From Oscillospiraceae bacterium (GTDB lineage Bacteria > Bacillota > Clostridia > Oscillospirales > CAG-272): 64,000 nucleotides of DNA. The notes beneath the pieces were generated by a model. It was not told where the DNA came from. It searched no databases and saw only the letters and a list, made by a program, of their open reading frames with translations. Within the stretch, counting starts at the first letter, position 1. Every line of letters starts with the position of its first letter. A program made the position numbers and the translations under genes. Shown one piece after another: positions 25,295 through 33,100 of this stretch. The stretch spans positions 17,619 through 81,618 of the forward strand of contig SVRZ01000005.1 in NCBI GenBank assembly GCA_015064555.1. Reading direction: 5' to 3'.

Positions 25295-27519
25295 GCATTA
25301 AGATCGCACTTGTCGGCAACCCGAATTGCGGTAAGACGACTCTTTTCAATGCCCTGACAGGCTCGAACCAATACGTAGGCAACTGGCCCGGCGTTACGGT
25401 TGAGAAAAAGGAAGGGCGCATAAAGCGGCATGACGATGCCATTCTCACCGATCTTCCCGGTATATACTCGCTATCTCCCTATACCCCCGAGGAGGTAGTT
25501 GCGCGCGATTATCTTACGGTCGAGCGCCCCGATGCGATACTCAACATTGTTGACGGAACTAATCTTGAGAGAAATCTCTATCTCACCTCTCAGCTCTCCG
25601 ACCTCGGAATACCTATGGTCATCGCCATCAATATGATGGATATAGTAACCAAGAACGGTGATAAGATCGACACCGAGCGCCTCTCGCGCGAGCTCGGATA
25701 CCCTGTGGTTGAAATATCCGCGCTCAAGAGTGACGGAATACTCGATGCGGCAGAGCTTGCTATATCGGCGGCAGGAGGTCCTCTCCCCGGAACGCGCCAT
25801 GATTTTTCAGGCAGCATTGAGCACATTCTCGCTCATATTGAGGAGGCGGCAGTTCACCATATGCCCGAGGAGGTGCAGAGGTGGTACTCAATCAAGATCT
25901 TCGAGCGCGATCCGAGAATACTCGACGAGCTGAAGCTTGATGAGAGCGTGATCGCACATATCGAAACCGATATAAAGAAGGCGGAGATGCGCTTCGACGA
26001 TGATGCAGAGGCTATCATCATCAACGAAAGATATAAGTACATAACCGACATAACCTCGCGCTGCTATAAGAGAAAGAACGAAGGAAGACTCAGCATCTCC
26101 GAGAGGATAGACCGTGTCGTTACGAACAGATGGGCGGCGCTTCCTATCTTTGCGGGAGTGATGTTCCTCGTTTACTTCCTCTCTATCGGCTCTATAGGCG
26201 GCTTCACCGTCACGTTTATGAATGAAGGTCTCTTCGGCTCCTTTGCCGAGACCTATCCCGAAACCTTCATGGAGAGCTGGGTAAGCATCCCCGAGCTCTT
26301 TGATAAGCTTCTCCTTGACAGTATGGGCACACCGATAATAGCCCCGTGGCTCTACTCGCTGATAATGGACGGTATCCTCGGCGGTGTTGGCGCGGTGCTC
26401 GGCTTTGTTCCTCAGATGCTCATACTATTTATGCTCCTCTCTATTCTCGAGGACTGCGGATATATGTCACGCGTGGCATTCATTATGGACAAAGTATTCC
26501 GTCATTTCGGGCTCTCGGGCAAGTCGTTCATCCCTATGCTCGTAGCTACAGGATGCGGCGTTCCCGGCATTATGGCATCGCGCACAATCGAGCAGGAAAG
26601 AGACAGAAGAATGACGGTTATGACGACCGGATTTATCCCCTGCGGTGCAAAAATGCCGCTCGTTGCCATGATAGCGGGCGCGCTCTTCGGAAACAGTCCC
26701 CTGATCGCTACATCGGCATACTTCATCGGAATATCGGCAGTAGTTATATCGGGTATAATCTTAAAGAAGACTAAGCCCTTCGCAGGAGATCCCGCGCCAT
26801 TCGTTATGGAGCTGCCGGCATACCACGCGCCCCTGGCTTCAAATATTGCGAGAACCACCTGGGACCGCGGCTGGTCCTTCATAAAAAGAGCAGGAACCGT
26901 CATCTTCACGGCAAGCGTTATCATCTGGGTGCTGAACAGTATATCATTCGATGGTGGCATCCACTATATAACCGAGCTTCGCCCTGGAGGCTCTGTTCTT
27001 GAAATACTCGGCTCTGTCGTTGCATGGCTGTTCAAGCCGCTCGGCTTCGGTAACTGGCAATCGGCGGTGGCAACCATACTCGGTCTGCTCGCTAAGGAGG
27101 AGATCGTCGGAGTATTCGGAACTCTGTCCGAGCAGCTCGCAAGCAGCGGCGCCGTATCCGGTGCTGCCGACACCTTCTCGATAATCGGTACAGAATTCTT
27201 CGGTGGCTCAAAGCTTTCGGGCTTCTCATTCCTCGTTTTCAACCTTCTCTGTGCGCCCTGCTTCGGTGCTATGGGTGCCATAAAGAGAGAGATGAACAAC
27301 GGATGGTGGTGCGCGTTCACGCTCATTTATATGACCGTTTTTGCTTACGCGACTTCCTTCTGCATCTACCAGCTCGGCTCGCTTCTTTCGGGCCCGCTTC
27401 ACTGGTGGGAGCCGATAACGGGTGCTGTTTCGCTCGCAATAATCGGCTTCACGGTCTACCTTATGATAAGAAAAAATCCACACACAGCCACTCTTAAAAA
27501 AGCAGAGTCGGCAAAATAA
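25291..27519 (+). CDS. feoB: ferrous iron transporter FeoB
   Basis: N-terminal G-domain (ALVGNPNCGKTTLFNALTG, DLPGIYSL, NMMD) followed by a polytopic membrane domain; 742 aa. Confidence 0.95.
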   Translation: MSIKIALVGNPNCGKTTLFNALTGSNQYVGNWPGVTVEKKEGRIKRHDDAILTDLPGIYSLSPYTPEEVVARDYLTVERPDAILNIVDGTNLERNLYLTSQLSDLGIPMVIAINMMDIVTKNGDKIDTERLSRELGYPVVEISALKSDGILDAAELAISAAGGPLPGTRHDFSGSIEHILAHIEEAAVHHMPEEVQRWYSIKIFERDPRILDELKLDESVIAHIETDIKKAEMRFDDDAEAIIINERYKYITDITSRCYKRKNEGRLSISERIDRVVTNRWAALPIFAGVMFLVYFLSIGSIGGFTVTFMNEGLFGSFAETYPETFMESWVSIPELFDKLLLDSMGTPIIAPWLYSLIMDGILGGVGAVLGFVPQMLILFMLLSILEDCGYMSRVAFIMDKVFRHFGLSGKSFIPMLVATGCGVPGIMASRTIEQERDRRMTVMTTGFIPCGAKMPLVAMIAGALFGNSPLIATSAYFIGISAVVISGIILKKTKPFAGDPAPFVMELPAYHAPLASNIARTTWDRGWSFIKRAGTVIFTASVIIWVLNSISFDGGIHYITELRPGGSVLEILGSVVAWLFKPLGFGNWQSAVATILGLLAKEEIVGVFGTLSEQLASSGAVSGAADTFSIIGTEFFGGSKLSGFSFLVFNLLCAPCFGAMGAIKREMNNGWWCAFTLIYMTVFAYATSFCIYQLGSLLSGPLHWWEPITGAVSLAIIGFTVYLMIRKNPHTATLKKAESAK

Positions 27520-27533
27520 AAGAAAGGAAAAAT

Positions 27534-27704
27534 ATGCCTGAATATCTACCTACCGTAATAGTGGCGGGTATTGTCGCCGCCCTGTTTATAGCGGTAACGG
27601 CTAAAATGATAATCGACAAGAAAAAAGGAAAATCCTCGTGCTCCTGCGGCGGAAATTGCGGAGCTTGCGGGCTCTGTTCATATAAAGACAGCAGCAAAGA
27701 TTAA
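27534..27704 (+). CDS. FeoB-associated Cys-rich small membrane protein, 56 aa
   Basis: Own translation: MPEYLPTVIVAGIVAALFIAVTAKMIIDKKKGKSSCSCGGNCGACGLCSYKDSSKD. It has one TM helix plus a CxCxxxCxxCxxC tail and starts 14 nt after the feoB stop with AAAGGAAA upstream. Below the ORF-track cutoff. Confidence 0.75.
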   Translation: MPEYLPTVIVAGIVAALFIAVTAKMIIDKKKGKSSCSCGGNCGACGLCSYKDSSKD

Positions 27705-27720
27705 CCTTTGATTATGCCAA

Positions 27721-27769
27721 GAGGCTTTCTCGGATGCGAAAATCTGCATTTGAGAAAGCCTCCTTTTTT
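27721..27769 (+). terminator. rho-independent terminator of the feo operon
   Basis: GAGGCTTTCTC / GAGAAAGCCTC 11-bp stem followed by CTTTTTTAAT. Confidence 0.7.
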
Positions 27770-27803
27770 AATTATATTTGCTTCCAAAATAAACAAAAAT
27801 CTA

Positions 27804-27832
27804 TTGATTTTTCCGAACAAAAATATTATACT
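27804..27832 (+). promoter_or_regulatory. sigma-A-type promoter of the GH2 gene
   Basis: TTGATT (27804-27809), 17-nt spacer, TATACT (27827-27832). Confidence 0.4.
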
Positions 27833-27879
27833 AGGGATAGCAAGCACCGATCCAACGATACACCGAAAGGACAGCATAT

Positions 27880-30027
27880 ATGAAATTTTATCAGACTTGG
27901 CAAGGACGCGCACTCGGCACCGAAAATTCCGAGTGGTTCTCCGCGAGCGTGCCCGGAAATATTCAGAAGGACTATGCCGTGGCAAACGGCTTTGCCGATT
28001 GGCAGTATGCGGACGGATACAAGCAGTTCCTTCCTCTTGAGGATCTCGATTGGGAATACCGCGCCTCTCTTTCATTTGAGAAAAAGGAGGGCGAGCGTGT
28101 TTATTTTGTAACCGAAGGTATCTCATACAAATACGATATACTGCTCGGCGGCGAGGTTATATATTCATACGAGGGAATGTTCAAGCCCGCGAGGATAGAT
28201 ATCACCGACAGACTTACAGACTCCGAAAACATACTTACGGTTCATATATATCCTCACCCCAAGAGCAGCCGCGGCTGCCGCGGCACGCGTGACGAGGCAA
28301 ACGAGTCCTGCATACCTCCCGTTATGTACGGCTGGGACTGGAATCCGAGACTCCTTATGTCCGGAATGTGGGACGAGGCTTATATCGAAACGCGTGACAG
28401 CTCTTATATATCGGATACAGAGGTGCTCTGCCGACTCTCTGACGATATGACGGTGGGCTTTGTCGATGCCTCCTGGCTCTGCGGCGAGGACTGCGAGCTT
28501 ATACTCCTTGACCACGAGGGCAATGAGGTCTTTCGCGGACGCGAGCGCAGCTTTACCGTGACACGCCCCAACCTCTGGTGGTGTAACGGACAGGGCGAGC
28601 CCTATCTTTATACCTGGATAATAAGGAATAGCCGACACGAGGTAAGCGGAAATATAGGATTCCGCAAGATCCGCTTGGTTCGTAACACGGGCGCTAACGG
28701 TCCGGCAGAGTTCCCGAAGAGCAGATACGAAGCTCCGATAACCGTGGAGCTTAACGGAAGAAGAATATTCGCAAAGGGCTCAAACTGGGTAAATCCCGAG
28801 CTTTTCTGGGGCGATATAACAGAGGAAAGATATCGGACTCTTATATCCTTAGCCAAGGATTGCAATATGAATATATTCCGTATGTGGGGCGGTGCGGGTG
28901 CACCCAAGAAAAGCTTCTATGATATCTGTGACCGCGAGGGAATAATGATATGGCAGGAGTTTATGCTCGCCTGCAACGAATATATTGACACGGGTAGCTA
29001 TATGCAGGTGCTTGAGAAGGAAGCCACCGCTATAATAAAAAAGTTCCGCGCACACCCCTCTCTCGCCTTCTGGTGCGGAGGAAACGAGCTGTTCAATTCC
29101 TGGTCGGGTATGGATGAGCAATCATATCCGTTAAGACTGCTTAACAAGCTCTGCCTTGAGCTCGACTACGACCGTCCGTTTATATACACGTCCCCCCTCT
29201 TCGGTATGGCACACGGCGGATACGTCTTCTATTCCGAGGATCAGGGCGGTGACGCCTTCAATCAGTTCATAAGAAGCAATAATACCGCTTACACCGAATT
29301 CGGTATTCCCTCTCTTGCAGACGCCGACACCCTGAAGGAGATCATACCCGAAAATGAGCTCTTCCCCGTCGTTAAGACGGCGGCATGGACGGCGCATCAC
29401 GCCTTTGGCGCGTGGGGAGATAAGCGCTGGCTCTGTGCCGAGGTTATGGAAAAATATTTCGGCAAGGCAGACTCGCTCGAGGAGCTTCTCCGTCAATCTC
29501 AATGGCTCCAATGCGAGGGCTATCGCGGTGCATTTGAGGAGATGCGCCGCCAGTGGCCGCACTGCAGTATGGCTATAAACTGGTGCTATAACGAGCCCTG
29601 GAAAACGGCAGCAGGCAACGAGCTTATCGCCTATCCCGAAAGGCCGAAGGCGGCATACGAATACGTCAAGCTCGCGCTTCGCCCTACCCTCTTCAGCGCA
29701 AGGATACCCAAAATAGACTGGCGCGCAGGCGAATGCTTCGAGGCTGAGCTCTGGCTTCTGAACGATGCACCGAGCGATGCATCGGGCAAGGTGAGGGCTA
29801 CCCTCACCGTCGGCACCGAGAGCTATGAGCTCATCGAATGGGAGGCTTGCGTCACCCGGGGAGAAAACAGACGCGGACCTACAGTGCGTATGACTCTTCC
29901 CGATCTCGGTTACTCCTCTATTATCACCCTCACACTTTCGTCCGAGAATGCAGGCACAGAAAGTAAATATGAGCTTCTCTATTACCCGAAGAAGCCCCGT
30001 AGCGCAGTTCGTATACTTAATATGTGA
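27880..30027 (+). CDS. glycoside hydrolase family 2 protein (beta-mannosidase/beta-galactosidase-like), 715 aa, no signal peptide
   Basis: N-terminal sugar-binding jelly roll (W..A.VPG....D...), then a TIM barrel with NMNIFRMWGG and the acid/base segment FWCGGNE typical of GH2. Confidence 0.8.
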   Translation: MKFYQTWQGRALGTENSEWFSASVPGNIQKDYAVANGFADWQYADGYKQFLPLEDLDWEYRASLSFEKKEGERVYFVTEGISYKYDILLGGEVIYSYEGMFKPARIDITDRLTDSENILTVHIYPHPKSSRGCRGTRDEANESCIPPVMYGWDWNPRLLMSGMWDEAYIETRDSSYISDTEVLCRLSDDMTVGFVDASWLCGEDCELILLDHEGNEVFRGRERSFTVTRPNLWWCNGQGEPYLYTWIIRNSRHEVSGNIGFRKIRLVRNTGANGPAEFPKSRYEAPITVELNGRRIFAKGSNWVNPELFWGDITEERYRTLISLAKDCNMNIFRMWGGAGAPKKSFYDICDREGIMIWQEFMLACNEYIDTGSYMQVLEKEATAIIKKFRAHPSLAFWCGGNELFNSWSGMDEQSYPLRLLNKLCLELDYDRPFIYTSPLFGMAHGGYVFYSEDQGGDAFNQFIRSNNTAYTEFGIPSLADADTLKEIIPENELFPVVKTAAWTAHHAFGAWGDKRWLCAEVMEKYFGKADSLEELLRQSQWLQCEGYRGAFEEMRRQWPHCSMAINWCYNEPWKTAAGNELIAYPERPKAAYEYVKLALRPTLFSARIPKIDWRAGECFEAELWLLNDAPSDASGKVRATLTVGTESYELIEWEACVTRGENRRGPTVRMTLPDLGYSSIITLTLSSENAGTESKYELLYYPKKPRSAVRILNM

Positions 30028-30040
30028 TAAATTGGGATTC

Positions 30041-30088
30041 AAAAAACACCGATATTGCACACAATTGTTTGCAGTATCGGTGTTTTTT
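30041..30088. terminator. bidirectional rho-independent terminator
   Basis: AAAAAACACCGATATTGC ... GCAGTATCGGTGTTTTTT (one mismatch) between the convergent GH2 (+) and giant 2 (-) genes. Confidence 0.7.
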
Positions 30089-30148
30089 GACTTTTTACGC
30101 ATCTGCGACTAAGCTCACAGATCCGCTTTTAATTCATTTTTTCGTAGG

Positions 30149-33100
30149 TTATCCGAGATACTTAGATACCGCGGCACTATAGGCAGCAGCATCGCCGTCC
30201 GACGCCGCACAGATCTCTATATCATAGAGGAATACGTTCATCTGAAGAGCGCCTATATTGAAGCGTGCAAGATTGGGAGTATCAAACTGCTGAACTAGCA
30301 CGCCGTTTATATACCAATATGCCTTGCCTTCATTTACAACTATAGCCCACTCAAGCGTAATACCATTGGTAGCATCGTAGATATTAGCGCAGTCGGCATC
30401 GCTTTGTTGTCCGTTATACATATAGCCTGCGCCAAAGGTACCGTTGCTGTCGCTATCCCAGAGCAGGAATCTGCAGCCACTAGCAAAGCTGAACTGAAGA
30501 TGTCCGTTTGTGCCGAACTTTGTAATGTCAAGCTTACCGCTTACAACATAGTTGTTGGTAAGTGCATTTCCCGATGCATCGGTGTAGGTTCTGCCGCTTG
30601 CGGTTATATCGCCGCCCTGGCCGTATTTCTGTATGCTGAGCGCATTTTCAAGATATCTTGCCGCCTCAACAGAATACAAATCTGCATTCTCCGATTTTAC
30701 AAATATCTCAATATTTGAAACAGTAACGTTCATATTCTGCGCGCCGATATTGAATTTATCAAGAGTGGGAGCCGCAAAGATCTTCATAAGCTCGCCGTTG
30801 ATGTACCAATATGCCTTGCCTTCATTCACAACAACTGCCCACTCAAGGATAAGACCGTTGGTGGTATCATAGGTAGCAATCTTTGCCGTGTTCTCATTGG
30901 TGTGCTTACCGTTTTCCTGATATCCTATTCCTATATCTCCCAAACTATCAGAATCCCAGAGGATAAATCTGTTGCCGCTGCCCACAAGGAACTGAAGGTG
31001 CGCATTGTTCTTCTTGAGCTCGGTAATGTTAAGAATACCTCTTACAACGTAGTTGTTGGTGAGCGCTTTTCCGGAAGCATCGGTGAAGGTCTTTCCGTTG
31101 GCGGTTATATTGGAATTATTATCGTAATGCTGCAGGTCAACGCCAAGAGCAGAATATTTCGCTACCTCGGCGTAATAAGCAGCCTCATCCTCTGCCTTTA
31201 CGTAAATCTCAATATCCGAGAACAGAGCATTCATCTGAACAGCGCCTACGATAAAGTACTCAAGATTCGGAGTCGCAAATCTCTTTTCAAGATTGCCGTT
31301 TATATACCAGTACGCCACACCGCTGTTGACGACCACGGCAAAATCAAGAGTAAGTCCGTTGCTCGCATCATAGAGCGTAATGCCGGATTCGGTATCGCTC
31401 ACGTGAGAGTTATTCTCGGTGTAGCCGGCGCCAAGCTTGCCGTCGTTATTGCTGTCCCAGAGAAGGAACCTGTAGCCCGAGCCAAGCCTGATCTGAATAT
31501 AAGGATTATCCTTGCCGATAGCACTGATATCGAGCTTGCCCTTTATTACGTAATTATCGGTAAGATCATCTCCGCTTGCATCGGTGAAGGTCTTGTTGGT
31601 AACAGATACGCAACCCGAGGTCTCAAGGTTTACAACGTCACCCACATAGCGAGCAGCATGAGCGTTGTATGCCGCCACGTCATCCGGGTCGTCCGACTTC
31701 ACGCTGACCTCTACGTCGTAGACAATGGAGTTCGCGTTTTCACCGCCGATAAGGAAGTATGCGGGGGTGTAGGACTCGAACGTATGCACAAGCTGTCCGT
31801 TGATATACCAATAAGCCTTTCCGCTTTCATCGGTTATAACCGCCCAGTTTATAACAAGGCCGTCATTTCCGTCATAAAGAGTTTTTACCGTATTATCGCT
31901 TGCGCTTCCGTTGCCAAGATATCCTGCGGCGAATTTTCCGTCGCCATTTATATCCCAGAAAACGAATCTGTAGTTCTGATGCATTCTGAAATGAACGTAT
32001 ACGTTAGCGCCCGGAGTATAGTGAGTAATAACGAGTTTTCCGCTCGCTACGAAGGGACCGGTAATATCATTGCCGTTTTTATCCTTGTATTTGATTGCCG
32101 AAAGACCGTTGATGTAAGCCGCATCACTGCGAGTGACGCCTCTCGCCTCGTCCAGGGCAAGCTTCATAAGATCGTATGCAACAAGGCTGGGATGCGAAGC
32201 ATCCGATGAGGGATACATATTCTTATTGATGGTTTCGTTATTGCCGTAGAAGATCGGAGTGGTATCAACGTATACCAGCCAATCGGTGCTCTCAGCGAGT
32301 GCCTTTATTGCCGCATTTACCGCAGGAGCCTTAACGAAGGAGGACTCGTAGCGGTTGGAATTCTCATCATCGGCAGTCTTCTTGGGATCAACGCTGAAGT
32401 AATAGATCTTAGCCTCGGGAAGCCTTGCGTGATATTCATTGAACAATGCAGTCAATCTCGCAACGAACTCATCCACGGTAAGAGAGCCGTGATGCATATC
32501 GTTGTGACCGATATGAACTACTATCTCCTTCGGCTCCATAGGATAAACGATACGCTCGGAGGCTATCTCAAGCTGATGTATCTGAGAGGAGGAGAGTCCC
32601 ATAAGGAATGCCTTTTCTCCTGCGAAGTCCTGATAGAAGTCCTTCCAGAAAGGAGGCGTCTCCATCGTGTAGCCGTCAAAGTAAGAGTCACCGACAAAGA
32701 TCGTTGCACCCTTATTCTCTTCCTTTATTATGTTTTCCTCATAGTACTGAATCTTCGTTTCGGCATTTATATTGCCGTTATAGGTCGATACCTTGACCGT
32801 AGCGGTCGCGGTATGATATTCGGTGGTGGCGGTAACAGTTACGTTCACCGCAGAATTGAATATTCCCTTTGCGAATATCTTGCCGTTCTCAACGAATACG
32901 TTGGGGGTATCGGTTGTGTAGGTAACCGAGCCGTTATACCAGGATTCGCTGAATACAGGGATTATATCCTTGCCGGGATAGTTCGAATATATCTCGGTGG
33001 GTGCGGTGAGCGTCATCGTTCCGTATGCATTGGGATCGGGATCCTTAATGCCGCAGAGCGTGCATTTGCCCATCGCAAATTCGTGCTGACAGCTATCGAT

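Noticed and set aside
30902-32209. Long plus-strand ORFs inside the giant genes (for example 30902..32209 435 aa, 32429..33352 307 aa, 38221..39519 432 aa, 6120..6794, 7227..7727, 40150..40764, 43546..44124)
   Set aside because: They are antisense shadows of continuous multi-kb minus-strand ORFs that carry recognisable domains and repeats. Their translations are low-complexity (Ile/Gly/Arg/Val-rich), lack SD-linked starts and show no recognisable motifs.
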